64,000 nt of DNA from an uncultured Acidobacteriota bacterium (GCA_963829355.1 CAWHHZ010000008.1:296236-360235), one strand, 5' to 3'. Shown: positions 31,280 to 43,539, counted from the stretch's first letter. The notes: generated by a model not told the origin, from the letters alone. Translations and numbers: made by a program.

Positions 31280-32800
31280 TCAAGACATCCTGGTCTTTCC
31301 GTCCGTATCTCGCCATTCGGCGAACGCCGCGAATTCCTTACGTAGAATGGGTATTAATCTCACCGCGAGGAGCGTCAGCGCCAACATGGCACCCAAGTTG
31401 ACCGCCACCACCATTGCTGGATTCGCTGCCTGTGCCATCGCGGCGAGAGCCAACATAAGCACAAGGCTCCCCCCGCCGATCGCAACACAATACGCTCCCT
31501 TCCATGGCGTGATCCCTACGGTTCTATACAGTGTCATCTGTCGCACCATCGTCGTCAGAACCGATCTTCCCGAATTCCCAAACACAGCTCCAGCGAGGCC
31601 GAAATACCAAATTAGGGGGACGACAAGGAGAAACTGCAATAGCGAGTCTAATGTGGCCAGCGCCAATACGGTTTTTCTTAATCGGCATGCTATGAGTACC
31701 TGGCCCACCGGTCCGGCAGCTACCTCAATGCTTTTCGCACCGAACAGCCACGCTAGGACCCAACCATTGCTGGCATACGGGTTACCAAAGTGGCTAAATA
31801 TCTGATCTCTGTTCAGAACAATCGGAGCTGCTACGGCAAGGACGATTAGGCTTAGAGAGGTTGCAAGGACTCGAAACATCTGACCAAGCCTCCGCTGGTC
31901 GTGCAGGTGATTAAGACGAACAAACTCGACGGCAGATGCCGAGTTGACCACGGTCTGAGGAAAGTCAAGAATGTTCGAAAATCGATAGGCGAGAGCAAGG
32001 ATGCCGAGACTCGAAGCAGGAAGTATAGTACCGGCGATGACGACAGAAAGCCGATTCGAAGTCTTCTGCAGAACCTGCCACAGAAAAAGAGGTCCGGAGA
32101 ATACCATGAGAACCTTAAATTGTGAGAGTACCCACGACCATGGAAGGGGATTCGTAATCTCCCGCCGGAGCATCCAGAGACCGAGAGCCGTTCCGACCGC
32201 CGTACCTACTCCCATGACCAGGAATGCGCTGGTTAAGGTCAATCCACCGAACAGGGCCAGAGGAAAGCAGAGCAGCAGCCCACCGTTTCGCGCCCCATCT
32301 ACAGCGACCAGATGCAACTTATAGCGTTCAGTGGCGCGAAAGATCGCACTCATGTTCTGATTGAGACCCTCCAGCGGAATCATGATTCCACAGAGTCTCA
32401 GGACGTCAGTCAGCTGCTCGTTATCAAACACGGCCGAGGCAATGAACTGCGCGTTCCAGTATAGAAGCGCACCCACCGACAGGGAAACCAGCCCAACTAT
32501 GAGTAGGCTGGCTCGTATGACTACATCACGACCGGCGTTGTCTCCTGATTCTATCGACGTTCCAATATACTGAATCACCCCAAAACCAAGGCCTGCCTGG
32601 CTGAGGGTGGAGAGCACCAGCAGCAAAGCCAGCCCGACCGAGTACAGTCCATATCCAGCCGCGCCAAGCGACCACGCGAGATAGAACTCGGTCGCTATCA
32701 GCGCCGCCTTTGATACGGCAGACCCGGCAGCAATCGTTTTGAGGCCACGAATCAGCCGCGCCCCAGTCGTACCGAAGCGCTTTGGGTGCCCCGGACTCAT
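31280..32800 (-). CDS. wzx: Wzx oligosaccharide flippase
   Basis: LGAAGYGLYS, 12-14 TMs, FGLAGAV. MOP-family pattern within a glycan operon. Confidence 0.85.
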   Translation of the reverse strand: MSPGHPKRFGTTGARLIRGLKTIAAGSAVSKAALIATEFYLAWSLGAAGYGLYSVGLALLLVLSTLSQAGLGFGVIQYIGTSIESGDNAGRDVVIRASLLIVGLVSLSVGALLYWNAQFIASAVFDNEQLTDVLRLCGIMIPLEGLNQNMSAIFRATERYKLHLVAVDGARNGGLLLCFPLALFGGLTLTSAFLVMGVGTAVGTALGLWMLRREITNPLPWSWVLSQFKVLMVFSGPLFLWQVLQKTSNRLSVVIAGTILPASSLGILALAYRFSNILDFPQTVVNSASAVEFVRLNHLHDQRRLGQMFRVLATSLSLIVLAVAAPIVLNRDQIFSHFGNPYASNGWVLAWLFGAKSIEVAAGPVGQVLIACRLRKTVLALATLDSLLQFLLVVPLIWYFGLAGAVFGNSGRSVLTTMVRQMTLYRTVGITPWKGAYCVAIGGGSLVLMLALAAMAQAANPAMVVAVNLGAMLALTLLAVRLIPILRKEFAAFAEWRDTDGKTRMS

Positions 32801-33798
32801 CTGTGATACCCGAGCTTACGATTCAACGTACCCGCGATTTTCTCGAATGTCCGAAGGTCGTCTTCGCTCAGCTCGGATCGCCATCTGTCATCGCGTCGGA
32901 TTTCATGTTGCTGTCTTCGGAACCTCATGGGGTTCCCGCCCAGATTGTGACGATCACTCCTGAACTCCAGCATCCGCGGCTCAAATTCGATGTCTAGAAA
33001 CCTGCATATATTTCCTACCACAGCGGGAGGGTTATCGGTCAGATCCTCGTAGCGAATCGAGAGAACCCGATTATTTGGAATAGACAGTAATGCAGCTCGA
33101 CGAGCTCGATGCTCTCGCTTCCAGATCCTGGCCGCCGTGGCCATACTCGTCCTTTCTCGTTTCATTCTGGAGCGACAAACCGCTCGACCATCTCTCAGAA
33201 GAACTATGAACCTCATGACAACGTCCGCCTGGAGATAGACTCGTTTAAAGGCACCTGGGTTCTTGGTAGAGTCAACGATAACCGGCGTATGGTGAGCCGA
33301 GCGCACCAGGCTATACAGGGAGACAGTATCTTTACCAATCCGCCGGGAGCGGTCCACCGATGCCCACAGTAAGCTTGCAAGTTTCTGCAGCCTCGTCGAG
33401 CCCAGGACCAGGATACCGTCATCGATCAGGCTCCTCGCGGGGCCCGGAGCCCATTCTTTGACGTTGTCTTTCTTCAGAACATTGAACTCCACTTGCTGCT
33501 GATGAAAATTCAGGGCGCGTCGCGGGTCGGAAACCATCAGGTTCTCGAGCGCCGGGTGGCGAGCTGTCGGCCACCTTCGCCTTGCCTCCGTCTCGACCGC
33601 CAACCAAAAAGGACAGTCGCCGACTGACTCACCACATGTACACAAATAGCCTGGGCCAGACCCTCGCAACAGAAAGTAAAGGGAGTGAACCTCTCCGAGA
33701 GATGAGACTTGACTGTGGCCGCCAAGAATCATATCGAGAAGCGTCGAACCGGAATGGCCGCTGCCGATAATATGAACGATTGAGGAGGAGGTGGCCAC
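32797..33798 (-). CDS. Sulfotransferase
   Basis: IIGSGHSGSTLL, SLGE, IVDSTK, LRDGRAV, RYEDL, HNLGGNPMRF. Confidence 0.88.
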   Translation of the reverse strand: MATSSSIVHIIGSGHSGSTLLDMILGGHSQVSSLGEVHSLYFLLRGSGPGYLCTCGESVGDCPFWLAVETEARRRWPTARHPALENLMVSDPRRALNFHQQQVEFNVLKKDNVKEWAPGPARSLIDDGILVLGSTRLQKLASLLWASVDRSRRIGKDTVSLYSLVRSAHHTPVIVDSTKNPGAFKRVYLQADVVMRFIVLLRDGRAVCRSRMKRERTSMATAARIWKREHRARRAALLSIPNNRVLSIRYEDLTDNPPAVVGNICRFLDIEFEPRMLEFRSDRHNLGGNPMRFRRQQHEIRRDDRWRSELSEDDLRTFEKIAGTLNRKLGYHR

Positions 33799-35719
33799 TA
33801 TAGAGTCGCCTCCCACCGGATGACGTTGTACACCACCCACAGCTGAAATGACTCATTCACGGTGCGGGGTCCCCTTCCGATTCTGACGCCGAGTTCCTTT
33901 ACATCCAGGAATTCCAGAGCCGATCCTTTATTACCCATGAGCAGATCCCGGAAAAGCTTGTCCCAAATCGCCTTTGAGCCACTCCCGGATCGGTAGGCCA
34001 AAGCCTGTCTTCGGCCGGTACACCGCCGCCCGCCCAACTCTCTGCGCTGCCAGACGTTTCAGAGGCTCTTTCGACACGCCATCTCTCAACTTGTACTCGT
34101 CAGGCACTCTCATAGCGAAGTCCATCAGGTCCCGGTCCAGAAACGGGACGCGCAGCTCCACCGCGTTCGCCATCGACATTTTATCCGCCCGCATCAGCAA
34201 TAGCTCAGGCAGACGTAGCTGCAAGCTCGATGAACGTCATCGTCTGCAGAAAGGTCGCGTCCGGTCTTTCACTCTTCAGTCGCTCATAGAGGGGCGCCAC
34301 CACATCGAACGAATCCATTCCACGGCGGGACTGACGAAACTCCGCGGAGAGGACCGCCTGCTTCTCTTTCTCATAATAAGCAACGGCCGATGACATGAAG
34401 AGCTCCTGCCCCTTTGCTCGTCGAAGCAGGACGTCCCGGATCTTTCTGAGCTTCGAGGATCGCCCCCCCACCACTGAGGTCACGCTTGATGCGAACTGGC
34501 TGACGCTGCGAGGCAGCACGCTCAGGGGTCGCCACATCGTCCTGTGTCGTCGCAGCATGTTGCGATAGTTGTCGTACCCGCAGAACAGCTCGTCTGCTCC
34601 CTCACCGGCATGAACCACCGTGACACCGCACTCCTTCGCCAGCTTCGTCACGAAGTAGATCGGTATGCCGACGGGGTCGGACACCGGCTCGTCCTGCATG
34701 CTCGCCAGCTCCGCGGAAGCATTCAGGAGATCGGTGTCGCTGATCCTGATCTCGTGATGATCGGTCCCGAGACGCGCGGCCATATCCTTGGCGATCGCCG
34801 CATCGTCGTGAAAGCCCGCGGCATTGTCCATCCCAACGGTGAAGGTCGACACCCTCCGGGGAGCGATAAGTTTCGAGAATGATGTGACGTTCAGAGTGGA
34901 GTCGACTCCTCCCGAGAATAGCGCTCCTACCGGGACGTCGGACATCAGCCGCTTCTCCACCGAGCGGTTGTACAGATGGGCAAGCTCTTCGTCGAGGTCC
35001 TCCCAGGAAGTCGTGAGATCCACATCAGGAAACGGCTCCCAATACTTGAACGGCTCAGAGAGCCCCCCCTTGCCTGCATCGACCACCAGCGCACTCGCAG
35101 CGCCAAGCTTGTAGATGCCTCGAATCAATGTTCGTGGAGGCGGAGCGACCAGATAGGTCAGATAATGATAGAACGCCTCGGGATCGATCTCTTTGCCCAC
35201 CTCCGGATGCCGGAGAATCGCCCTCACTTCCGAGGCGAAGACGACCCGTCCACCCACTTCGGCGTAGTACAGCGGCTTCACACCGGCACGGTCGCGAGCC
35301 AGAATGAGACGACGTGCCCCCTCGTCCCACAGACCTATGGCAAAGTCTCCGTCCAGGTGCTCGTAGAAGGACGGACCGTGAACGCGGTAGAGATATGGAA
35401 GAACCTCTGTGTCCGATTCCGAGCGAAACACGTAACCGCGGGACTCGAGATCCCTCTTCAGTTCCGGATAGTTGTAGATCTCACCATTGAACGTCACCCA
35501 CACCCTGCCATCGGGTGTGGACATCGGCTGATGCCCCGCCGCACTCGTGTCGACGATCGACAGCCGGCGATGAGCGAGCCCCACCTGCCCATGCTCCGGC
35601 ACCCAGACACCCCGGTCGTCCGGCCCACGATGTTCCATCGTATCGGCCATACTGAGGAGCAGACCGGAGCTCACCGGCTCATCGGTGCTGAGATTGACGA
35701 CTCCGACGATTCCGCACAT
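33798..35719 (-). CDS. asnB: Asparagine synthase (glutamine-hydrolysing)-like amidotransferase, frameshifted near 3' end
   Basis: MCGIVG, HRGPD, FNGEIYNY, SDTEV, SGGVDS, GEGADELF; then RADKMSMA..VELRVPFLD and RPKTGF in another frame. Confidence 0.9.
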
Positions 35720-36531
35720 CAGACCGTACCGGTTTCTCCCTGGGGCGCTTTGGTGAACTCGAAAGCCATGTACCAGCGAGTGCGCTCCGGCATCAGACGT
35801 TGCAGCAGCCGTCTTGCCCCTTCAAAACGTGCTCCATCTCTTATCTTCTGATCCCAGAATGAAACCTGAAGATCCTCATGGGGGAGCGATCGCAGCATCT
35901 CCCGTACTTCCCGCCAGCTATAGACCTTCGTGGCGTAACTCTCCTGGTGGTGATAGACGGCCCAACGCACCCCTTTCGTCAGCTTGCCTCGAAGGAGTAC
36001 ATACCGCAGGTAGAGATAGAGCGCATGAAGCGAGCGCAGGTTGTAGACCATGATCTTGACGCGCCCCCCGGGCCTGGCCACGCGATAGATTTCTCGAAGC
36101 ACGGACTGCATGTCGTCGGCATGATGGATGACACCCCAACTGTAGACCAGATCGAAGTTGTCGTCCGGGAAGGGGAGGTTCTCAGCGTTGCATTGCTGGA
36201 GAGAGGATGCCTCAAGCTCGTAAAGGCTGAGGCGAGCTGAGGCGTTCTGGATGCCTTCGTCAGTCAGATCTACACCATGAACACGCGCACCCGCTCTGGC
36301 GAATTGAAGAAAGTCCGTCCCCGCACCAACGCCGACCTCCAGCACCTCCTTGCCGCGCCACCTGCTGAACTGCGCGAAGGAGTGGATGAATGGCTCGTGA
36401 CTGTATCGAAATGCCTCGATCTCCTCGAAGTACTCTCTTGAATGCTTTGGGTGAGTCGTTCGGTCCGTTCCACAACTGGCCCTCTCCCAATAGCCACGGA
36501 CTTCTCGTTTCGTACTCGATTCGTCAGCCAT
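35719..36531 (-). CDS. Class I SAM-dependent methyltransferase
   Basis: VLEVGVGAGTD, NAENLPF.D..FDLVYSWGVIHH. Start at ATG 36531. Confidence 0.9.
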   Translation of the reverse strand: MADESSTKREVRGYWERASCGTDRTTHPKHSREYFEEIEAFRYSHEPFIHSFAQFSRWRGKEVLEVGVGAGTDFLQFARAGARVHGVDLTDEGIQNASARLSLYELEASSLQQCNAENLPFPDDNFDLVYSWGVIHHADDMQSVLREIYRVARPGGRVKIMVYNLRSLHALYLYLRYVLLRGKLTKGVRWAVYHHQESYATKVYSWREVREMLRSLPHEDLQVSFWDQKIRDGARFEGARRLLQRLMPERTRWYMAFEFTKAPQGETGTV

Positions 36532-38711
36532 GCCGGGCCTCCTCAGCTTCGTATCGTCTCGAAGCCAGCATCGCCTCCTTGAAAATCCATGTCGCGGAAC
36601 GTCCCGAACGGGCATCAGCTCCTGCTGGATCTCGCTCGAGCTGCTTCCTCATCGCACCCGCAAACTCCGCCAGACACTCTTTCTGTCCCTTGTCAGCTCG
36701 GCGCGCACCTGATCGGACAGTCTTTCCGTCGAGCTGAAGAGCGTTGAAGTCGTCGACCCGAACAGAACGTCCGTTCCCGAAGCCTTCGAAGTACTCCTTC
36801 CCGAACGCCTTGTTGCCGAGGGTCGTGTAGAGGATCGAGCAAACCGAGCCATCGCGGTAACGGAGGACGACGTTGGCGTTCGGGTTCGTGGGATCCGTCG
36901 GACCCGCCAGTGCGCTCAGTACCTGCTCCGGCTCGTCGCCGATGAGCCAGTTGGCCAGGTCGAAGAAATGCACGCCCTCTCCGAGGAGCCGTCCTCCCTC
37001 CTCTTCGGTGTTGCTCCAGTCCTTACCGAGCGATCCGACATTCACCCTCATCGACACCATGCGGGTGCCGGAGGTTCCCAGCGCGTTGCGGAATGCCGCC
37101 ATCCATGGAGAGAACCGGCGGTTGAATCCGACCCGGACGATCAGGCCGGTCCGCTCTGCGGCCTCGACGATCGCGTCTCCCTCCTCGACCGTCACACACA
37201 TCGGCTTCTCCACGAACACATGCTTGCCCGCCTCCAGCGCCTCGAGAACGAAGCGGGCATGACTCGCATGGCGGGTGGCGATCAGTACGGCCTCGATGTC
37301 GGGATTCTCCAGGATCTGGCGATGATCGCTGCCGACGAGGGGAATGTCGAAGCGGCGGCCAGCCGCGGCGGCACTCGCACCCGACCGGCTCACGATCGCC
37401 CGGACGTCGAATTCGGACGACAGCCTTTGAAGCTGTGGAAGGTGCATCCCTTTCACGTAGCCTCCGGCGCCGATGATTCCGAGCCGTACCGGCCCCTGTT
37501 CTGCACTCCCGATGACGGCCGGCGCACCGCTGACGATACTCCGGCCTGTCTCCACCGTCTTCTGCACCGCTTCGAGAGCGGGGCTGACACCGTAATCGAG
37601 CAGGACGCCCAGCGTCGCTGGATTGCCACCCTTGATCTCGGCATACGCACGGTCGGCTTCGTCGATCTCGAATTTGTGGGTGACGAGATCCGAGAGATCC
37701 AACGTCCGCTGCTCGAGCATCCAGAGAAAGTGCTCCAGGTTGCGCCCTTCGCTCCAGCGCACGTGCGCCAGCGGATAATCCTCGCCACGAATCTCGTACC
37801 GGTCGTCGTAGCGTCCCGGCCCGTAGGAGGTCGACATCCGCAGCTCGAGCTCCTTTGCGTACATCCTGCTCACGCTCCAGTCCGAGGCCGACGTCTCCCA
37901 CGATCGAGACACGACCCGACTTACGGCACAGGTCGAATGCCAGGTTGACCGGATCGTTGCTCTCAGTGGCCGCGCAGATCAAGACCCCGTCCAGACCCTG
38001 GTGGCCTGTCGCTTCGTTCGATCTGGCGATAACGTCAGTCTCACCCAACACCCAACCGTCTACATTGCCAGAGCGCTTCGCAAGCGCCACGCGCTCGGCC
38101 GACAGATCGATTCCGTACGCGCGGTAGCCCATCCCCATCAGAAGACGAACCGCAATCTGACCAATCAGCCCCAGCCCGATGACGCCGACTCTCTCCCCCG
38201 GAGTCAGCTCCAGTCGCCGGATCCCCTGCATCGCGATGCAGGCGAGAGCCCCGAAAGCGGCCTGCTCGGACGGCACACCCATCGGAACCCTCGCAGCCAG
38301 ATTACGCGGTACCGTCACGAACTCAGCGTGGGACGCGAACCCCGCCCCCATGCAGGCAACTTCGTCTCCGGGCCGGAACGGCAGGGAATCGTCGTCGACC
38401 TCGATGACCGTTCCCACGCTGCTGTATCCGAGAGGCGTGAAGTCAGACAACTTGTTCCGGACGATCTCGAATGTCTGGGCGGGACCCTGGGACTGGACGA
38501 GAGACCAGACCTGCTGGAGCCGATCGCCCGAGGAGACCGCCTTCTCGTACAGGCCGAGGATCCCCTTGCGCCGCGTCACGGCAGCCCCTTCGGTTCCGCT
38601 GCTGATCAACGAGTATCGGTTTCGCACGAGGATCGAGCCTCGAAGACGCCCGGGAATCGGTGCATCCAGGAGACTGATTTCTCCCTGGCCTGACAAGAAC
38701 GCCTGCTTCAT
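36524..38711 (-). CDS. Bi-domain oxidoreductase, paralog 2 (one frameshift ~37870)
   Basis: MKQAFL...SSGTE, PLGYS, HAEF, GLGLIG; then YAKELE..MSTSYGPGRYD, ATRHASHA, VEKP, GFNRRF, GEGVHFFD. Confidence 0.88.
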
Positions 38712-40768
38712 TGAATGGTCTCCTCCCGAGGCTCGATCTCCAGCGTCAGGGTGCTTCTGTCCGAGAGCTCCGAGCGGAGCTCCAGAGTCACAGATGGTTC
38801 GAGCTCGCCGAAGTAAGGACTGACGACGTCGTCCAGCAAGGTAGCTTCCGATGCCGTATCCCATGTGACGCCAAAGGATCGACCTGCGCCGGTCGCCTCG
38901 AGCTCCCTTTCATGGAGCTGCACATCGATCGACGGATCGAAATGGATGTAACGCCGCACGTCGTGCGACGCTTCCATCTCGAGATGGTCGTCGCAGCGGA
39001 GGCGGCCGCGATCGAGGTCGATCGTGATCTCACGTCTGACTCGCACCGGATCCGGCAGCCGCTCGAAACCCGAGTGTGAAGCTGCCACGCCCGTCCGGTT
39101 ATCTGTCCTCGGGAGTTGGACGTCTTTCGGGATCGCGGTTCCGGCGATGCGGAAGTGTCCTTGAATCTCGGCGATCTCCTCACCGTCGACGACGATTCCG
39201 TTGTGGGCGCGGGTCGTTCGAAGGTCGTCGTGCGCAGGAAAATCGCCGCTGTACAAATAGGATCCAGGATCGACAACCAGAGGAACGCCGTTCAGCATCA
39301 GCTCGAACCCGAGCAGATCATTGTGCCCGTGCCCGCCATGGCCGTTCTGCCCGACCTCACCCACGTCCACGAAGAGGTAGTTCCGTTCGTTCTTCGCGAC
39401 GAAGACCCCTCCCTCCGGAAAGAAGTGCGTCGTGTCGTTGATGGATGGTTTCGGAGTGGAGAGCCACCGTTCCGGCGCCATTTCTCCGAACAGCCACACT
39501 GCCGCGACGGACAATCCGGAGACGGTCTCTTTCAGAATCGGATCGCCGCTCATCACGGCCATGGCACTGAGGCCCGGGTCATGATCTCGAACGTTGCACC
39601 CATCGAAGCCGAAGACGACCGCATCATCGGAGTCTCCGACGATCGGACACAGTCCGTCTGGCCGGATGAAGGCTGCATTGTAGAGCGCGGCCGCGTGGAG
39701 GCGCTCCATCGACTTCACGCCCAGCGGTTTCCCGGCACGCTCGAGAGCCACGGCGGCCAGAAGGAACAGGTCGAGCACGAGGTGATGGTAGGTCGTCGAC
39801 TTCTCGAAGTTGACGCCATCCTCGAGGAACTGCCTCGCGATCTCCGCCCCAATTCTCCGTTCAGCAAAGCGGAACCATGACTTTGCGGGAGGGTAGATCC
39901 CTTCGAGCGTTCGACCGAGAAGCAGGAGCGCAACGAGCTCCGCCGCGAGGTGATTGCCTGCGTTGTCAGTCACCTCGATCGTTCGCGCGATGAACTCGCC
40001 ATGTTGGGCAAGAACCTCCAGCAGAAGTTCGGCGCCGGATCCTTCTTCCGGATCGATCTGACGAACCATATCCGCAAAGAATACGAGCTGGATCGCGCGC
40101 ATAGCGGCTTCCATCGGATACCAGTTGACGCAGTGTGCGAGGGGATTCTCCCTGTGCCAGTCGGAGAGAATCTCCAGAGCGTGACGGGTGCGCTCACATC
40201 GCTGGTCAATCGCGTCCGCCTGCGCGAGAAGGGGCAGGAACGTCAGCCGGGACAGCTCCCACGGGAACTTGACCTCCCCGGAAGCCGGAGCATTCCCGTG
40301 ATGATCGTACGACCGGAAGTAGGAGGGTGGCCAATCGCGGCCGAGGCGCCAGTCCTGGTGCCACGGGAATGAAGCCGTGCCGGGAACGGACGCCTGAAAG
40401 ACGTTGAAATCCCGGGCCACGACGGCGTCACCCAGGGCGGTCAGTCGATCGAGTGAGATCAACCCCTGCAGACGCTCCGATCGCAGTGTCGCAGCTCCTC
40501 CGGGACTGAGGGCTCCCAGCGACCCGGCGGCCCACCATTCAGCGGCCCCGGAGCGCGCTGCATCTCGCGTCTTTCGACGCAAGCGGTCCCAGCCGCCGGA
40601 CCGGTGAGCCCACTCGAGCCATAGCTCCTGCCAGCCGCGAAAGAGAATGGTTCGCGGGGACTTACTCAGTACACGACGGGGGGGCAGCGTTCGAACGTCT
40701 CGACTCGCGGATGATCCATCGGAATGCCAGGACCCGCTTCCGCCCGACTGTGATGGACTCAGTGCCAT
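38708..40768 (-). CDS. Heparinase II/III-family protein, paralog 2 (intact)
   Basis: VKFPWELSR, GNHL, DGVNFEKSTTYH, RPDG..P.VGDSDD, GHGHNDLL, VDPGSYLY, AHN. No signal peptide. Confidence 0.85.
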   Translation of the reverse strand: MALSPSQSGGSGSWHSDGSSASRDVRTLPPRRVLSKSPRTILFRGWQELWLEWAHRSGGWDRLRRKTRDAARSGAAEWWAAGSLGALSPGGAATLRSERLQGLISLDRLTALGDAVVARDFNVFQASVPGTASFPWHQDWRLGRDWPPSYFRSYDHHGNAPASGEVKFPWELSRLTFLPLLAQADAIDQRCERTRHALEILSDWHRENPLAHCVNWYPMEAAMRAIQLVFFADMVRQIDPEEGSGAELLLEVLAQHGEFIARTIEVTDNAGNHLAAELVALLLLGRTLEGIYPPAKSWFRFAERRIGAEIARQFLEDGVNFEKSTTYHHLVLDLFLLAAVALERAGKPLGVKSMERLHAAALYNAAFIRPDGLCPIVGDSDDAVVFGFDGCNVRDHDPGLSAMAVMSGDPILKETVSGLSVAAVWLFGEMAPERWLSTPKPSINDTTHFFPEGGVFVAKNERNYLFVDVGEVGQNGHGGHGHNDLLGFELMLNGVPLVVDPGSYLYSGDFPAHDDLRTTRAHNGIVVDGEEIAEIQGHFRIAGTAIPKDVQLPRTDNRTGVAASHSGFERLPDPVRVRREITIDLDRGRLRCDDHLEMEASHDVRRYIHFDPSIDVQLHERELEATGAGRSFGVTWDTASEATLLDDVVSPYFGELEPSVTLELRSELSDRSTLTLEIEPREETIQ

Positions 40769-41982
40769 ATGCCCCGGGTATCGATGACGACCTTCTCCGC
40801 AAGATCTACCGCACTGATCCGCTTGAACGCCTTGTGATCGACGAGGCCAACGATGATGTCCGCTTCGGCGACGGCTTCCTGCTGACTGACAAGCCGGATG
40901 TTCTTCCGGGCGAGAGAAGGGGGTAGTGATCGGATATACGGTTCGACCGCCAGCACTGAACCGATTCCCAGATCGACGATCCTGGCGGTAATCGAGAGAG
41001 CGGGGCTCTCTCTCAGGTCATCGATGTCGGCCTTGTACGAGAGCCCCATGCACGCGATGACCGGGTCCTTGATCCGCTCAGCCCGGGAGCGGACCCGTTG
41101 CACCACCCAGTCCGGCTTGCCATCATTGACCTCTCGCGCGGTCCTGATCAGGCGAGCCTGCTCCGGAGCAGAATCCACGATGAACCATGGATCGACAGCG
41201 ATGCAGTGGCCACCTACGCCCGGGCCGGGCTGCAGCACATTGACGCGCGGGTGGTGATTGGCGAGATCGATCAGCTCCCACACATTGACGTTCAGCCGGT
41301 CGCAGATCAGCGAAAGTTCGTTAGCGAGTGCGATATTGACGTCCCGAAAGGTGTTTTCGGTGAGCTTCGCCAGCTCCGCCGTTTCGCAACTCGTGGTCAG
41401 AACTTCTCCTGAAACGAATGCGCGATAGAACTCCGCGGCCACTTCGGTCGAGGTATCGTCGATACCGCCCACGATGCGATCATTCGTCACGAGCTCCTTG
41501 ATGATCTGGCCCGGCAGGACTCTCTCCGGACAATGTGCAATATGAACGTCACCGGCTTTCAGGTCGTTCCTCTCTTCCAGGAGCCACTCGGCGATCTTCC
41601 TCGTCGTACCGACCGGACTGGTGGATTCCAGAATCAAAACGTTGCCCGGCCTCAAATAAGGAGCGACCGCTCTCGTCGCATTCTCCACGTACTGCAGGTC
41701 GGGGACATGACCATCCTTGAATGGTGTCGGGACCGCCAGAATGAAGAGGTCCGCGGCCACCGGTTCCAGTGAGGCCCGCAGGTTGCCGCTCTGAACGGCG
41801 GATCGCACGAGAATGTCGAGCTCGGGTTCCCGGATGTGAATTTCGCCCGCGTTGATGATGTCGATGATGTCGGGGTTGATGTCGACCCCGTGCACCTCAA
41901 AACCTTTCGTTGCCAGCAGGCTTGCGGTGGGCAGTCCGATATAGCCGAGCCCGACTACACAGACTTCCTTAATCTTCACCAT
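40759..41982 (-). CDS. wecC: UDP-N-acetyl-D-mannosamine dehydrogenase
   Basis: [61 protein letters not shown]. Confidence 0.93.
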   Translation of the reverse strand: MVKIKEVCVVGLGYIGLPTASLLATKGFEVHGVDINPDIIDIINAGEIHIREPELDILVRSAVQSGNLRASLEPVAADLFILAVPTPFKDGHVPDLQYVENATRAVAPYLRPGNVLILESTSPVGTTRKIAEWLLEERNDLKAGDVHIAHCPERVLPGQIIKELVTNDRIVGGIDDTSTEVAAEFYRAFVSGEVLTTSCETAELAKLTENTFRDVNIALANELSLICDRLNVNVWELIDLANHHPRVNVLQPGPGVGGHCIAVDPWFIVDSAPEQARLIRTAREVNDGKPDWVVQRVRSRAERIKDPVIACMGLSYKADIDDLRESPALSITARIVDLGIGSVLAVEPYIRSLPPSLARKNIRLVSQQEAVAEADIIVGLVDHKAFKRISAVDLAEKVVIDTRGIWH

Positions 41983-43102
41983 TCATGATCTCCTTGACGA
42001 TGCGCTGCGCAGCCAGACCATCGCCGTATGGATTGTGAGCGCGAGACATCGATTGGTATTCGGCAGGATGGTCGAGAAGCAGGTTCACCTGGGATACGAT
42101 CAGATTCACGTCCGTCCCCACGAGGCGGACAGTTCCCGCCTCGACGGCCTCCGGCCTCTCCGTCGTTTCTCGCATCACTAGCACAGGCTTCCCGAGAGAC
42201 GGCGCCTCTTCCTGGACGCCCCCCGAATCAGTCAGGATCAGATGAGCCCTGTCCATCAGGTAGACGAAGGGGAGATAGTCCAGCGGTTCGATAAGGTGCA
42301 CCCGAGGATGGGTGTCCAGAGCTGCGCGTACGGGTCCTTTCACGTTCGGGTTAAGGTGGACTGGGTAAATGATCTCTATATCGTCCCGCTCCGCCAGAGA
42401 GCCTAGCGCCGCGCAGATTCTCCTGAAACCATCACCAAAGCTCTCCCGCCTGTGTCCTGTGACAAGGATCAGACGTCGCTCCGGCGAAAGGAAGGAAAAA
42501 CGCTGGGGCAGATCGGCGACCGCGGCTGTTCCGGATCGGAGGATCTGGACGACTTCGAGCAGCGCATCGATGACCGTGTTGCCTGTCACACAGATGCTTT
42601 CGGGGCGCACGCCCTCACTCAGAAGGTTCTGTCGAGCCCCCTCGGTAGGGGCGAAGTGATAGGTCGCAATGGTACCCGTCACCTTACGGTTGATCTCTTC
42701 CGGCCATGGTGAGTAGATGTTGCCGGTCCGGAGCCCTGCCTCCACATGCCCTACAGGGATCCGCTTGTAGTAGGACGCCAGGCTTCCCGCGAGAGTCGTC
42801 GTGGTGTCGCCGTGGACGAGAACCAGATCCGGCTCCACCTCTCGAAAGACGTCACGAAGGCCGTGAAGGACGACGCTCGTAATTTCGGTGAGGTCCTGGC
42901 CCGGCTGCATCGCATTGAGATCGTGATCGGGCCGTATTGCGAACAACTCCAGGACCTGATCCAGCATCTCCCGGTGCTGCGCCGTGACGCAGACATGGGA
43001 TTCGATCTCATCGGAGGCCTCGAGGGCCTTGACGACCGGCGCCATCTTGATCGCCTCGGGACGGGTGCCAAAGACGCTCAGCACCCTCTTCGGGCTTCTC
43101 AA
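41969..43102 (-). CDS. wecB: UDP-N-acetylglucosamine 2-epimerase (non-hydrolysing)
   Basis: [52 protein letters not shown] start after AGGGGGG. Confidence 0.95.
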   Translation of the reverse strand: MRSPKRVLSVFGTRPEAIKMAPVVKALEASDEIESHVCVTAQHREMLDQVLELFAIRPDHDLNAMQPGQDLTEITSVVLHGLRDVFREVEPDLVLVHGDTTTTLAGSLASYYKRIPVGHVEAGLRTGNIYSPWPEEINRKVTGTIATYHFAPTEGARQNLLSEGVRPESICVTGNTVIDALLEVVQILRSGTAAVADLPQRFSFLSPERRLILVTGHRRESFGDGFRRICAALGSLAERDDIEIIYPVHLNPNVKGPVRAALDTHPRVHLIEPLDYLPFVYLMDRAHLILTDSGGVQEEAPSLGKPVLVMRETTERPEAVEAGTVRLVGTDVNLIVSQVNLLLDHPAEYQSMSRAHNPYGDGLAAQRIVKEIMNGED

Positions 43103-43192
43103 AGCGTCCCCCCCTGGCCGCACGGTTCTACACCAGCCCGCCCATGCCCAAGATGATCGCAACAGCAAACCATGTCGTACATCGTGAAAGAC

Positions 43193-43539
43193 CTAACTCC
43201 CGGATTGTTCCCGTTTCAGCATCTGATTTCTCAACCGCTCGATCTCATCGCGGAGGTCGTCGAACTCTTCCGCCTTGCGCCTGAGGAACTTGAGCGTGAC
43301 ACGCAACCGCTCCTCGGCACCGCTCGGTGCCACACGTACACGTACTGCGCTTTGCGCTGGTTATTCTTGAAATTACGGACCTTGACGAACCCTTCTCCGA
43401 TGAGTGCCTGCAGACAGTAGTTCGCCTTGCCGAGGCTCACGCCCAGCCGCCGGGCGAGATCTCTTTGAGTAATGGACGGCTCTTCTTCCAGGATCTGCAA
43501 AACCCTGTAGCTGACCTCGAAATCGATATGTTCAATCAT
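43193..43539 (-). CDS. MarR-family EPS-associated transcriptional regulator (1-nt frameshift ~43332)
   Basis: TQRDLARRLGVSLGKANYCLQAL..G.VK..NF.N..RKAQYVY. Restoring one base gives PSGAEERLRVTLKFLRRKAEEFDDLRDEIE...TAG at 43193. Confidence 0.88.
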
